64,000 bases of DNA from Methylotenera sp. (GCA_021732405.1 JAKFVB010000022.1:552-64551), one strand, 5' to 3'; shown: positions 10,093-20,968, counted from the stretch's first letter. Translations and numbers: made by a program. Notes: generated by a model from the sequence alone, not told the origin.

Positions 10093-11625
10093 ATGGCAAA
10101 TTCAAACTCAGCACAACCCAAACCGCAAGATATTCAACAACTGATTGGCCTATTAAATAGCGGCCAATTACCGCAGGCAGAAAGCTTGGCTAAAAGTTTA
10201 ATTGGCAAACACGCCAACACTTTAATTTTGCATCACATATTGAGCCTTGTTTTAGATGGCCAGCAAAAGTTTGCCGAGGCGGTAATCAGCTATAAAAACG
10301 CAATTAAATTGCAGCCCAACACGCCTGATTTGTGGTTTAACTTAGGCATTGCACAAACGCATATTCAACAATTGGACGATGCGGCAGACAGCTACAGAAA
10401 AGCAATTCAAATAAAGCCCGATTTTTTTGAAGCTTTTGGCAATCTAGGTACGGTACTGCAGGCGCAAGGCAAACTGATTGCCGCGATTGAAAGCTATCAA
10501 AATGGCCTGAAGATTAACCCGCAAGATGCGCGCGCCTATTTTAATTTAGGCACCGCTTTGCGCGACAACGGTGCATTGAATGATGCCATTAATAGCTACC
10601 AAAAAGCGATTGCGCTATTTCCCAACTATACCGATGCGCATAATAATTTAGGCGAAACCTTGCGCGATAGCGGCGACATGGATGCCGCGGTAAAGAGCTA
10701 TCAAGCGGCTTTATCGCTAAACCCTAACCATGCGCAAGCCAATTACAATATGGCGGAATTTTTAGTGTTAGCCAAACAATATGCGCAGGCGATACCTTAT
10801 TTTGAAGCATCACAATTAGATGATTGGCGAGAGAAGTGCCTATATTGCTTGTACAAAGCAGAGGACTTTGATGCGTTTAAAATGCGTCGCGATGCGCTGA
10901 TTGCAAGCTTGCCACGCAATCAACATTACTCACCGTTTTTAGCCACTTTATCTACGCATTACAGCATTAACTTTGCGCAACCAGACCCTTACCAATTTTG
11001 CACGAACGGCTTAGATTATGTGTATCGCCAATCGATTCCTGAATTAACAAATGGCACGTTACTGGCAGAACTGCTGCACGATATTCACACCGCCGATATT
11101 GCGGAGCGCAAACAAGGCCGTTTAACCAATGGCCAGCAATCGGCAGGTAATTTGTTTAAACGCAGTGAACGCTCGTTCCAAACACTGGCCGCTTTAATCA
11201 AACAACAGTTTTTGGCTTATAAACAACATTTTGCAAATGCCGATTGCGCGTTGATTCAGGCGTTTCCAGATGAGCTGGAATTCACTAGCTCTTGGTATGT
11301 AAAAATGCAGCAAGGCGGCCATTTAAATGCGCATATTCACGAAATTGGCTGGATAAGTGGCGCAGTGTATTTAGCCATGCCGCAAGCAAACGGGTTGGAA
11401 GGCGCATTTGAGTATGGTACGCATGGCGATGATTACCCAATTTTACCGCCTAAAAATGCGTTAAGTTTTCCGATTGCGCAAATCATGCCAAACGTTGGCG
11501 ATATCGTACTATTTCCCTCCTCTCTCTTTCACCGTACCATTCCTTTTAATAGTGCGGATAACCGCATCTGTATTGCCTTTGATTTAAAACCAAGCAATTC
11601 AATCAATCGTAAAAATAATTATTAA
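10093..11625 (+). CDS. TPR-repeat protein with C-terminal putative 2OG-Fe(II) oxygenase
   Basis: Repeated A..NLG TPR units; HIH...ISGAVYL...LFPSSLFH...RICIAFD. Confidence 0.8.
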   Translation: MANSNSAQPKPQDIQQLIGLLNSGQLPQAESLAKSLIGKHANTLILHHILSLVLDGQQKFAEAVISYKNAIKLQPNTPDLWFNLGIAQTHIQQLDDAADSYRKAIQIKPDFFEAFGNLGTVLQAQGKLIAAIESYQNGLKINPQDARAYFNLGTALRDNGALNDAINSYQKAIALFPNYTDAHNNLGETLRDSGDMDAAVKSYQAALSLNPNHAQANYNMAEFLVLAKQYAQAIPYFEASQLDDWREKCLYCLYKAEDFDAFKMRRDALIASLPRNQHYSPFLATLSTHYSINFAQPDPYQFCTNGLDYVYRQSIPELTNGTLLAELLHDIHTADIAERKQGRLTNGQQSAGNLFKRSERSFQTLAALIKQQFLAYKQHFANADCALIQAFPDELEFTSSWYVKMQQGGHLNAHIHEIGWISGAVYLAMPQANGLEGAFEYGTHGDDYPILPPKNALSFPIAQIMPNVGDIVLFPSSLFHRTIPFNSADNRICIAFDLKPSNSINRKNNY

Positions 11626-11899
11626 TTGTCATCGTAGTATGTCAAAATAAATCACTTAGTTGACGAAGTTTGGCCTAGCAAACTTCAAATACAAAACAAC
11701 AAAAACGTCTAACTATAAACATGAAACTTTGCTGCAAAAAACTAAATGATGGTAACTATTTGATTTTTAAATAGTTATTTAAATTTTATTGCTTAACGCA
11801 AGTTAGTTTTATATCCTGCCAACAACGAAAATCGTTGGCTTAAATATTGCTTAACTGTCTACAGACAGCTAGCAATTGCACTCATTAAGGTATTTAAGA

Positions 11900-12970
11900 A
11901 TGAATAATGGACAAATGTTTGACGATTGCTCGGTATTAATCGTTGATGACCAATCAACCAGTAGAACAATTCTTTCACATGTAGTTAAAAACATTAATCC
12001 AACGATTAAAATTATTGAAAAACATAATCCAGAACAAGCATTAGAATGGGCAACGCAACACACGGCTGATTTGGTGTTTGTGGATTATGTAATGCCAGAA
12101 ATGAACGGTGGGGATTTTATTAAGTTGCTTAAAACACTGCCTAAATATGAATCGGTTCCGGTGGTGATGATCACCATTAAAAAAGACGCCGAAACGCGCT
12201 ATGAGGCACTGGATGCAGGTGTGGCTGATTTTATCAGCAAGCCGGTGGATGTGCATGAGTGCACGGCACGCACGCGCAATTTATTAACCATGCGTCAACA
12301 ACATATTTCGCTACAAAACAAAAGTGCCTTATTAGAAAGCCTAGTAAAAGCGGCGACTGTTGAAATTAGAGCACGCGAAAAAGAAACACTCATGCGCCTT
12401 GCGCGCGCAGGTGAGCACAAAGATTATGATACCGCTATGCATTTGCACCGCATGTCGCTTTACAGCAGAGCACTAGCCGAAGCAATTGGCTTAAGCGAAG
12501 AAGAAGCAGAAGTGATTGAGCTTTCATCGCCGCTGCATGATATTGGCAAAATTGGTATTCCAGATAGTATTTTGCTAAAAAAAGGCCCGCTGGATGAACA
12601 AGAACTAAAATCGATGCGTAGACATCCGCTAATTGGTTATGAAATATTAGAAAACAGCCCCTCAAAATATTTACAAAAAGGTGGTGAAATCGCCTTAGCA
12701 CATCATGAGCGTTTTGACGGTACTGGCTACCCATACAATCTTAAAGGCGCTGATATTCCACTTGCAGCCAGAATAGTTGCAATTGCGGATGTGTTTGACG
12801 CGCTGACTAGCGTGCGCCCTTACAAGGAAGCATGGAGTGTGGATAGAGCGTTTGAATATATTCAAAATGAAAGCGGCAAACATTTTGATCCTGAGCTGGT
12901 TTCGGCGATGGTCGGTATTCGTAGCAGGGTAGAAAAAATTCTAGCCGAACACGCAACTGCGATTCATTAA
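11900..12970 (+). CDS. rpfG: REC + HD-GYP c-di-GMP phosphodiesterase
   Basis: N-terminal receiver; LHDIGKIGIPD, HHERFDGTGYP, RPYK; clustered with rpfC/rpfF. Confidence 0.88.
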   Translation: MNNGQMFDDCSVLIVDDQSTSRTILSHVVKNINPTIKIIEKHNPEQALEWATQHTADLVFVDYVMPEMNGGDFIKLLKTLPKYESVPVVMITIKKDAETRYEALDAGVADFISKPVDVHECTARTRNLLTMRQQHISLQNKSALLESLVKAATVEIRAREKETLMRLARAGEHKDYDTAMHLHRMSLYSRALAEAIGLSEEEAEVIELSSPLHDIGKIGIPDSILLKKGPLDEQELKSMRRHPLIGYEILENSPSKYLQKGGEIALAHHERFDGTGYPYNLKGADIPLAARIVAIADVFDALTSVRPYKEAWSVDRAFEYIQNESGKHFDPELVSAMVGIRSRVEKILAEHATAIH

Positions 12971-12991
12971 TCATACGAATAATTATAGATT

Positions 12992-13432
12992 ATGACTATT
13001 AGCAACATTAGAAGCGCAACCAATTTTAAGCAAACCGCTTTACTGATTGATGACCAGCCAACCGTGCTGGATATTCATGCGGCTATTTTGAAATCGCTCA
13101 AAATGAATTTAAAAATTGTCACCATGACAAACCCCGTTGAAGCACTGGAATGGATGCAGAATAAACAGGTTGATTTGATTATTACCGACTTTCGCATGCA
13201 TCAAATGGATGGCATGCAATTTGTGCAAGCGATTAAAAACACCAGTAACGTATTAACAAGATCGATTATTGTAGTAACGGTATTAAAAGAAATTAATATT
13301 CATCAAGAGTTGTTGGCTGCTGGCGCATCGGCCTGTTTAACCAAGCCAGTACAAACGCAAGAACTTGCCAAGATTGCTAAACAGTTACTAGAACAAAGTA
13401 AAGAATATTACAGCCAAGGTTTAATTGCTTAA
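12992..13432 (+). CDS. Single-domain response regulator
   Basis: LIDD, IITDFRMHQMDG, LTKP; no output domain. Confidence 0.85.
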   Translation: MTISNIRSATNFKQTALLIDDQPTVLDIHAAILKSLKMNLKIVTMTNPVEALEWMQNKQVDLIITDFRMHQMDGMQFVQAIKNTSNVLTRSIIVVTVLKEINIHQELLAAGASACLTKPVQTQELAKIAKQLLEQSKEYYSQGLIA

Positions 13433-13441
13433 TCACTTAAT

Positions 13442-15652
13442 ATGCTAAATACATTTAAAAACTGGTACAAAGGCGCAGCATCACATTGTGATCCATTAGA
13501 ACTGGAGCAAGCATTTACGCGGCTAGCTATTGGTACTATTTTTACATTGTATTTATTCATATCTTTATCAATGGGAAAAGTAATTGGCCATGGTGAAGTG
13601 ATTGGTTTGTATTGTCTTGCTGTATTCGAAGTAGCCGCATTTTTTATGCTGATTGCAGTAGCGGCTGCAAAACGGCAATCCCCTATTAGACGCTTACTAG
13701 GTGCTTGGCTTGATATTATTGGCACTTCAACCTTTTTAGCGCTAGCTGGAGATATAAGTGTTGTATTGATTGGCGTTTATCTGTGGGTTATTTTTGGCAA
13801 TGGTTTTCGATTTGGCAAGAAATATCTTTACCATGCTCAGGCAATCAGTATTGTTGGCTTTTTAATTGCTACGCGGGTAAATCCATACTGGGTAGAACAT
13901 CAGCCTATTGTAGTTGGTTTCTTTTTGATGTTAATTGCTTTGCCAATCTATGTAGCAAAACTGATTGAGAGGATGCATGAAGCACGCCACAAAGCAGAAA
14001 TTGCTCGCGAAAAGGCTGCTGAAGCTAACCTTGCAAAAACCCAATTTGTAGCCAATATGAGCCATGAAATTCGCACCCCACTCAATGGCATTATTGGCAT
14101 TAGCACCCTATTTAAAACCACACCACTAAATGCCGATCAGCGTGACTTACTCAAAACATTAGATAGCTCTTCTAAATTACTGCTGTCATTACTCAATAAT
14201 GTATTAGATTTCACAAAAATTGAAGAACGTAAATTTACCATTGAGCATATTGATTTTTCTGCAGAAGAAGCTGTACGCGATACCCTAGAGATTTTCCGTT
14301 CACAATCTGTAGCCAAAGGTATTCAGGTTGGCGTTAGCATTTCTGATTCACTGCATGCTGTTAAAGGCGATGCCTTTGTCATTCGCCAAGTGCTTGCAAA
14401 CTTAATGGGTAATGCGGTTAAGTTTACCGAAAAAGGTAGTGTGACTATTTCTGCCATTAGCCTGCATGAAGATGACTATAAAGTATTGGTGCGTTTTGAA
14501 GTTGCTGACACAGGGGTTGGAATTCCAGCTGACAAGCAAAATAAAATATTTGATAGTTTTACCCAAGCAGATTCGTCCACCACCCGCAAATTTGGAGGCA
14601 GCGGGTTGGGCTTAACGATTGCCAAACATATGGTAGAGGCAATGGGTGGTGACTTATATTTCCAAAGTACTGAAGGTGTTGGTAGCCGTTTTTGGTTTGA
14701 TTTGTCTTTAGAAAAAACTGCTGCTATCAACACTCAAATAGCTGAATCCACAACTTCAGTTATCGAACACAAGGTGACAAACCCTACCCCATTAAACAAT
14801 ATTGCGACTTTAAATCCTCTCAATATACTGGTCTGTGAAGATGAAGCCACTAATCAAAAAATCATCACTCGCTTATTGTCACTTCCTGGCCATCAAGTAC
14901 AAATTGCCGAAAATGGTGATGAAATGCTGGATGCGCTTGAACGCAAACGCTTTGATTTAGTGATTACTGACTTGAATATGGCTGGTATGAATGGCGCCGA
15001 TGCTTTGAAGCTTTATCGCTTTACCAACCCAGACGACAGAGATACACGCTTTATTCTATTCACCGCAGATGCGACTTCGACAGCAAGAGAAATTGCAGAT
15101 GAGGCAGGTTTTGATGGCTTCTTAACAAAACCAATTGAAGCCGCAACATTGTTTGGCACCATTGAAACTGTTCTAAAATTGGCACCTAATACGGCCGACT
15201 TATGGATGCGTAATGCTTTAAATATTCCAGTTGAGGTGGAGTCTGATTTAGCTGCAGATAACATTGCTTTGGATATTAATACCCTGAAAGAACTAGAAAA
15301 AATCGGCGCAGGCGATGATTTATTTATGCACCGTTTACTGAGAAACTACTTAAGCGATTCAGTTAAACTGATTTATAAAATAGAAACCGCAGTCAAACAA
15401 AAACATTACGGCGAGTTGCACGACTTTTGCCATGCGCTAAAAGGTAATAGCTTAAGTGTTGGCGCAACAAAATTGGCAGGGACAACCGAATTAATTAGCA
15501 AATTAACTCGTTCTGTAAACCCTGCTCAATCATTAGAAATGCTCGATACACTTAATACTGACTTTTCAAATCTTACTTTGGCTGTAGAAGACTACCTCAG
15601 ACGCCCACTAGGCAAAACGACTGAAGCTGGCATCAACACTGCAGGCAGATAA
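13442..15652 (+). CDS. rpfC: DSF sensor hybrid histidine kinase (TM-HisKA-HATPase-REC-HPt)
   Basis: RpfC-like TM sensor ([13 protein letters not shown]), [22 protein letters not shown] domain, HPt HALKG. Confidence 0.9.
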   Translation: MLNTFKNWYKGAASHCDPLELEQAFTRLAIGTIFTLYLFISLSMGKVIGHGEVIGLYCLAVFEVAAFFMLIAVAAAKRQSPIRRLLGAWLDIIGTSTFLALAGDISVVLIGVYLWVIFGNGFRFGKKYLYHAQAISIVGFLIATRVNPYWVEHQPIVVGFFLMLIALPIYVAKLIERMHEARHKAEIAREKAAEANLAKTQFVANMSHEIRTPLNGIIGISTLFKTTPLNADQRDLLKTLDSSSKLLLSLLNNVLDFTKIEERKFTIEHIDFSAEEAVRDTLEIFRSQSVAKGIQVGVSISDSLHAVKGDAFVIRQVLANLMGNAVKFTEKGSVTISAISLHEDDYKVLVRFEVADTGVGIPADKQNKIFDSFTQADSSTTRKFGGSGLGLTIAKHMVEAMGGDLYFQSTEGVGSRFWFDLSLEKTAAINTQIAESTTSVIEHKVTNPTPLNNIATLNPLNILVCEDEATNQKIITRLLSLPGHQVQIAENGDEMLDALERKRFDLVITDLNMAGMNGADALKLYRFTNPDDRDTRFILFTADATSTAREIADEAGFDGFLTKPIEAATLFGTIETVLKLAPNTADLWMRNALNIPVEVESDLAADNIALDINTLKELEKIGAGDDLFMHRLLRNYLSDSVKLIYKIETAVKQKHYGELHDFCHALKGNSLSVGATKLAGTTELISKLTRSVNPAQSLEMLDTLNTDFSNLTLAVEDYLRRPLGKTTEAGINTAGR

Positions 15653-15653
15653 T

Positions 15654-16553
15654 TTAAGCTGTTTGTCTTTCACTTAACTGCACAGGCTCGCTGCTCACTT
15701 TGGTGTTTTGAGCGCGCACTAAACGCTCCATAATTTTTAAATTACGTTCGTCTAAGCGTAACGCTGCATCTACCCAAATTTCAGTAATATCATATAGCTC
15801 ATTTAGCGTCAGTGGATTCACACGTTGTTTTGCGCGATTAATGGCTTGGAACGAATTAAGTGAGCGATGATTTTTCTTAATCCAATTATTCATGGCATAT
15901 TCACCTTGCCCATCTTCAGCCAGCACATCCACCACGCCTATTTGATATAACTCTTCGCCTGTGTAGATTTTGCCAGAGCGCACCATTTTTTCTGCGGCAG
16001 GCATGCCGATTTTGCGTGATAAAAAGCTTAAAGCACCCATACCTGGAAACAAATTAAATAGCACTTCTGGCAAACCCATCAAAGCACTTTTCTCTGCTAC
16101 CATCACATGCGCTGCTAATGCCGCCTCAAATCCGCCGCCCATTGCTTGGCCTTGCACCAATGAAATTGTTGTAACTGGTGCTTGCATATTATAAAAAGTC
16201 CAAACATTGTCTACACACAATCTTGCATAAGTCAGCAAATGTTCGCGCGCTTTTGACAAAATTAGCTGTTTAAATACCGATAAATCGCCACCAAGATTAA
16301 ATATGCCTGGCACGTCAGATGCCAGCACCAAATAATTAGCTTGATTCAACTTACCATTTGCATGTACCTGCCCAAGAGCCGCCTCTAATTTAGATTGGCT
16401 ATCGTACAATTCGCCCATGCAAATTTGATTAAAACAAGGCCTAGGCTCTGGATTCATAAAATAAGCCATCACCCCAAACTCATCCTCAAAACGAGTTCTC
16501 ATTTGCGTTAAATTAGCATTATTATTTAACTGAAAATCTACGACGGTATTCAT
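15654..16553 (-). CDS. rpfF: DSF synthase (crotonase/enoyl-CoA hydratase)
   Basis: FNLGGDL, GGGFEAAL and LPEVLFNLFPGMGA with both catalytic Glu; convergent with rpfC as in Xanthomonas. Confidence 0.92.
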   Translation of the reverse strand: MNTVVDFQLNNNANLTQMRTRFEDEFGVMAYFMNPEPRPCFNQICMGELYDSQSKLEAALGQVHANGKLNQANYLVLASDVPGIFNLGGDLSVFKQLILSKAREHLLTYARLCVDNVWTFYNMQAPVTTISLVQGQAMGGGFEAALAAHVMVAEKSALMGLPEVLFNLFPGMGALSFLSRKIGMPAAEKMVRSGKIYTGEELYQIGVVDVLAEDGQGEYAMNNWIKKNHRSLNSFQAINRAKQRVNPLTLNELYDITEIWVDAALRLDERNLKIMERLVRAQNTKVSSEPVQLSERQTA

Positions 16554-16850
16554 ACAAACCTCCTAAGTGAATTTGACTGCGACAACTTCTAAATAAGCAT
16601 TCTCTTAACTTTAACAAGCCTAAATAACTACTTGTAATATAAGCATTTACGATTAAGACTATAAGCTTAATAATTTGCGCCCTCAAGAGAATGTTTTTTG
16701 AAAAATAGCTAGTATTCAGGTAAATTGTTGGTTTATAACAACAAAGTCAGTTTTACCATTCAATAATTCACACGAATTTATGCCTGTAAGTTATTGATGT
16801 GATATTCTTTTTAAGAATTTTAACAACCCAACACAGTGAAAGCTTTTTTC

Positions 16851-18089
16851 ATGCAAAAACTATTTTTTTCTTTTGTTATTTTTACAACACCCATAGTGTC
16901 ACAAGCCGCTGGATTCGCGCTTTCAGAACAAAGTGGTAGTGGCCTTGGCAATGCTTTTGCTGGTGTTGCAGCATCTGCTGAAGATGCCTCTACCATCTTT
17001 TTCAACCCAGCAGGTATGACTTATATTGAGGGTACGCAGGCAGTTGGTACATTGCATTTAATTAAACCCAATGCTGAGTTTAATAATCAAGGCTCGGTTG
17101 CGGGTACGGCTAGGCCATTAGGTAGCGAAAGTGATGATGCAGGTAGTTTAGCTTTTGTACCAAACTTTTACTTTATAACGCCATTAACCGAAACGGTGAA
17201 GTTTGGTGTGGGCGTTAACGCGCCGTTTGGCTTAAAAACTGAATACGACAAAGACTGGATTGGCCGTTTTCAGGGCATTAAGTCTGATTTAAAAACCATC
17301 AACATTAATCCTTCATTAAGTTTTAAAGTAAACGACGAATTATCACTGGGTTTTGGTTTGTCTGCGATGTGGATACAGGCGGAGTTAACTAGCGCCGTGA
17401 ATCTAGGCGCTGCTGAAAGAACTTCTAGAGTAAAAGGTGACGACTGGGGCTTTGGCTATAACCTTGGTGCAATTTATCAGGCAACTAATGACACGCGATT
17501 TGGCGTAGCTTATCGCTCTAAAATAGATCAGCATTTAAAAGGAGATGTTAGATTTTCAATCTCAAATGGGCCAACACCTAATGGTGATGTAACCGCAGAT
17601 GTGACTTTGCCTGAAATGCTGTCTATCAGTAGCTTTAGCCAAGTAAACGATCAATGGGATTTACTAGGCGATGTGACTTGGACACGCTGGAGTCGGTTTC
17701 AAAAATTAGCTGTTTTTCGTGATAACGGCGCGCCACTCTCTAGCACTGCGCAAAACTGGGAAAACACATTGCGCTACTCAATTGGCGTTAATTATCACTA
17801 TAACGATAAACTTAAATTACGCGCAGGCGTTGCCTATGATGAAACACCAACCAGCAACGAATTCCGCACGGTGCGCATTCCTGATAACGATAGAAAATGG
17901 TTAAGTTTTGGTGCGGCATGGCAAGCAACGCCTGACACCAAACTAGATATTGGTTATGCGCATTTATTTGTGAGTGACGTTAAAATTGATGACAATCAAA
18001 CGACACCATTACCAGGCCGAGGCCGAGTGCGTGGCGATTATGATGCCAGCGTTGATATTTTGAGTGTTCAGTTAACCCATCATTTTTAG
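16851..18089 (+). CDS. fadL: Outer-membrane long-chain fatty acid transporter
   Basis: AGFALSEQS...NAFAG, NPAG hatch motif, C-terminal Phe; alternative GTG start at 16836. Confidence 0.9.
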   Translation: MQKLFFSFVIFTTPIVSQAAGFALSEQSGSGLGNAFAGVAASAEDASTIFFNPAGMTYIEGTQAVGTLHLIKPNAEFNNQGSVAGTARPLGSESDDAGSLAFVPNFYFITPLTETVKFGVGVNAPFGLKTEYDKDWIGRFQGIKSDLKTININPSLSFKVNDELSLGFGLSAMWIQAELTSAVNLGAAERTSRVKGDDWGFGYNLGAIYQATNDTRFGVAYRSKIDQHLKGDVRFSISNGPTPNGDVTADVTLPEMLSISSFSQVNDQWDLLGDVTWTRWSRFQKLAVFRDNGAPLSSTAQNWENTLRYSIGVNYHYNDKLKLRAGVAYDETPTSNEFRTVRIPDNDRKWLSFGAAWQATPDTKLDIGYAHLFVSDVKIDDNQTTPLPGRGRVRGDYDASVDILSVQLTHHF

Positions 18090-18126
18090 TTAATAAGCAT
18101 TAAGTTAACGGTTAAAAGTTAACGAT

Positions 18127-18176
18127 TATTTAGTAACAAAAAAGCTCGCCTAGGCGAGCTTTTTTGTTACTAAATA
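18127..18176. terminator. Bidirectional terminator within a perfect 50-bp palindrome
   Basis: tatttagtaacaaaaaagctcgcct|aggcgagcttttttgttactaaata between convergent genes. Confidence 0.9.
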
Positions 18177-18199
18177 TTTTTAAAGCGAGTTAATTTTTA

Positions 18200-19732
18200 C
18201 TAAGCATTTTTTTCACGGCGTTTAGCACCAAAGCCCACTAATCCCAATCCTGCGATTAACAATGCATACGTTTCTGGCTCTGGTACTGGGGCTAAGTTAT
18301 AAACTGTTGTAGTGTTAGAACCCTCATTAGCAATCGCTAAATAATACTCGCCATTTAATATAAAGCCCTCTAATCCCTCTGGCGCTGTATCGCCATTTGT
18401 TACAATAAAATCAATAAAGCTTGAATTAGCCGGGTCTGTAATATCAAAAATGCCAATAGCGGCTTGAGTTGTTCGCTCTAAACCAATCAGCGCAAACGTT
18501 CTACCGCCCAACGTGATTAACTCAACACCTTCTGGCTCAACCCCTCTGTCTCGACTTCTAACATCGTTGTAGATGCCCAATTCGGCAGCTTTTGTATCTA
18601 AAATATCACCACTGGAATACACAAGATTGCCATCTGCATCACGAATCGTGAAGTCACGCGTGCCTGCAGTAAACAACTGCCCTGGTGATGACTCTGTATT
18701 TAATATACGTAAAGGCCCCAAATCACCTGTTGCGCCAACCGTGCGAGCTGCTGAGCGGTCGCCATCATCTTCACGGAAATCACCTTCATTTGCCGTCACT
18801 AGATATGTGCTACCACCAACATTATAAGTAGCAATCGCATCAGGCTGGTACAAACCTTTTACGTTAGGCGATGTAAAGCTAATGATGCCATTATTGTTTG
18901 TATCTATCGTATTACCTGGCAGGCTAAAATCTTTTGCCCCCAAGCCGATGATTTTTTCAAATGAATTCGTGTTTAAATCTAAAACACCAATTGCATTGGC
19001 TTCTTGCAAAGTCACATAAGCTTTAGTACCAGCTGCATTTACCGCAATGTATTCTGGCTCAAAATCCATACCTGTATTAGTACGAATATTACTGCCTGTT
19101 GTTGGCACACCAACCAAGCCTGCCGTTGCTGTGACCGTGCGAGTTGCAACATCGATAATGCTGACGCTACCAGCTGGATCGTTCACTGCTGGACCATACA
19201 CTCTAGGGACAGTCTCACCAACTCTTGGACCATATACATCTGGCGTGCCTTCGTTAGCAACCAATAATTTGCTACCATCTGGCGTAAAAGTCACCATATC
19301 TGGTAAAGAACCCACTGTAATCGAGTTAACGCCAGCACTTAAACTTCTGGTTGCTGTATCGTAAAACTGCACAGTACCCGCATTGGTGCGTGTACTTGAT
19401 TCAATCGCAAAAGCAGCCAATCCATTATGAATGGCTACGCTGTTAATGTTACCAAAGGCGCTGGTATCAATATGTTGAATCAAACTACCGTTTGAAGCGT
19501 TTAAGACATCTACGCCTTTAACACCAGCCACCCATAATGAGTTGGTTGTGCTGTCAAAGCTAACAATTTCAGACAAAAAACCATTGACACCTGTGGCCGC
19601 ATGGTTATATGTCCAAGCTCTTGATAAGCTCTCAAAAGGGTTATCGGCAAGTGCTACAACTGGGTTAAACAATGCTGCAGCAAGCACAGCAATCACTTTT
19701 TTGTTCATTGAACTTTTGGTTGAAATTTTCAC
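18200..19732 (-). CDS. PEP-CTERM surface protein with choice-of-anchor I (alkaline-phosphatase-associated beta-propeller) domain
   Basis: Repeated ANEG, EPEY, LQEAN, QPDAI and IGLER motifs; C-terminal VPEPETYALLIAGLGLVGFGAKRR. Confidence 0.85.
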   Translation of the reverse strand: MKISTKSSMNKKVIAVLAAALFNPVVALADNPFESLSRAWTYNHAATGVNGFLSEIVSFDSTTNSLWVAGVKGVDVLNASNGSLIQHIDTSAFGNINSVAIHNGLAAFAIESSTRTNAGTVQFYDTATRSLSAGVNSITVGSLPDMVTFTPDGSKLLVANEGTPDVYGPRVGETVPRVYGPAVNDPAGSVSIIDVATRTVTATAGLVGVPTTGSNIRTNTGMDFEPEYIAVNAAGTKAYVTLQEANAIGVLDLNTNSFEKIIGLGAKDFSLPGNTIDTNNNGIISFTSPNVKGLYQPDAIATYNVGGSTYLVTANEGDFREDDGDRSAARTVGATGDLGPLRILNTESSPGQLFTAGTRDFTIRDADGNLVYSSGDILDTKAAELGIYNDVRSRDRGVEPEGVELITLGGRTFALIGLERTTQAAIGIFDITDPANSSFIDFIVTNGDTAPEGLEGFILNGEYYLAIANEGSNTTTVYNLAPVPEPETYALLIAGLGLVGFGAKRREKNA

Positions 19733-19779
19733 GGCTTAATCCATTAACTAAAAATAAGTGAGCAAATCTCACTTTTATA

Positions 19780-19797
19780 GTGACAGATTAATGACAA
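19780..19797 (-). promoter_or_regulatory. Pho box-like site
   Basis: Minus strand TTGTCAT-TAAT-CTGTCAC, close to the E. coli consensus CTGTCAT-A(A/T)A(T/A)-CTGT(C/A)A(C/T); 48 bp upstream of the gene. Confidence 0.75.
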
Positions 19798-19861
19798 TAG
19801 ATTGCAATAGCGTGAATCGGTATAGTCCTAACAGGATATTTTTGCATATTGTTAATGCAAA

Positions 19862-20968
19862 TTAATGCTCAAAAACCTGCAAAATTTGTTGTGATAAATC
19901 GACCCAATTGTAGTGTGCCTCAACATGCGCGCGCGTATTTGCAGCTAATCTAGCGTGTGTTTGCATATCATTCAAAACCTCCACAATTTTTTGTGCCATT
20001 GCTGCATAGTCATCAGGCGCAATTAAATAACCTGTTTTATCAGGTAAAACCAACCCACGGTAAAACAAAAAATCCCACGCAATCGTTGGCAATCCCATGG
20101 CGGTTGCTTCTAAACAAGTGCCTGGCAAGCCTTCGTAATAAGAGGTTGAAACGTATAATTTGCTGGCTTGATAATAGGCTTGCATATCAGAGAAATTGAC
20201 TTTTCCTGTTAATTTAACCTGTTGGCTGTATGGCGCTAATTGCTCACTCACCCAAACATCATCATCGCCATAACCAACAATCACGATGCGAATATTACTT
20301 TTTTGCTGTATCAAATTTTTGCAAACTTGCACCATTGCTCTACTGCCCTTGCGGTGTTCTATGCGTCCGCAAAATAGCACATCAACCGTTTTTTCAATAT
20401 TTTGGCTAGGTTTAAAAGCCACCAAATCTGCGCCATTAGGAATAATCGCAATCGGCTTATTAATGGCATAGGTCAACAACTCCTGTTTACCTTGTTCAGT
20501 CAGCGCAATAATTTTTGCCGCTTGCTTAAAAATACGCTTTTCTATCCAGCGCTTAATCGCAATTTCCACATCATTCCACTGGCTTAAAAAATAAGGCTTA
20601 TCGTAAAACTTGCCCGACATACCAATATAAGTGGTGTGTGCGGTTAATATTAAGGGAATCTGCTTTGGTAAAAACAAGCCAGGAATAAGCGGCGGAATAT
20701 GCAAATTGACTGCCTTAATTTTTTGTTCAGCATACAACTGCTTGACGATTTTACGGGCCGCCAATATCCAAAAAAACAAATTAAAGCGGTTAGATGTAAA
20801 TGGAATATGGATGATTTGCACACTGGCATAGTGCCGCTCTACTTGATGCTCATCCCCTGTGATGAGATAAATTGTAGGTGAATTGTTTGGCAAGTTAGAT
20901 AAAAAAGAATCTAAATAACGGGCAATGCCGCCGACACCATAAAATTGCGGGTACACAATTGCAATCAT
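19862..20968 (-). CDS. Glycosyltransferase family 4
   Basis: GGIARY, GRIEHRKG, YEGLPGTCLEA. Confidence 0.88.
   Translation of the reverse strand: MIAIVYPQFYGVGGIARYLDSFLSNLPNNSPTIYLITGDEHQVERHYASVQIIHIPFTSNRFNLFFWILAARKIVKQLYAEQKIKAVNLHIPPLIPGLFLPKQIPLILTAHTTYIGMSGKFYDKPYFLSQWNDVEIAIKRWIEKRIFKQAAKIIALTEQGKQELLTYAINKPIAIIPNGADLVAFKPSQNIEKTVDVLFCGRIEHRKGSRAMVQVCKNLIQQKSNIRIVIVGYGDDDVWVSEQLAPYSQQVKLTGKVNFSDMQAYYQASKLYVSTSYYEGLPGTCLEATAMGLPTIAWDFLFYRGLVLPDKTGYLIAPDDYAAMAQKIVEVLNDMQTHARLAANTRAHVEAHYNWVDLSQQILQVFEH

Noticed and set aside
11626-11655. TTGTCAT/ATGTCAA upstream of rpfG as a pho box
   Set aside because: Half-sites are 13 bp apart rather than 11, and there is no correctly spaced -10.
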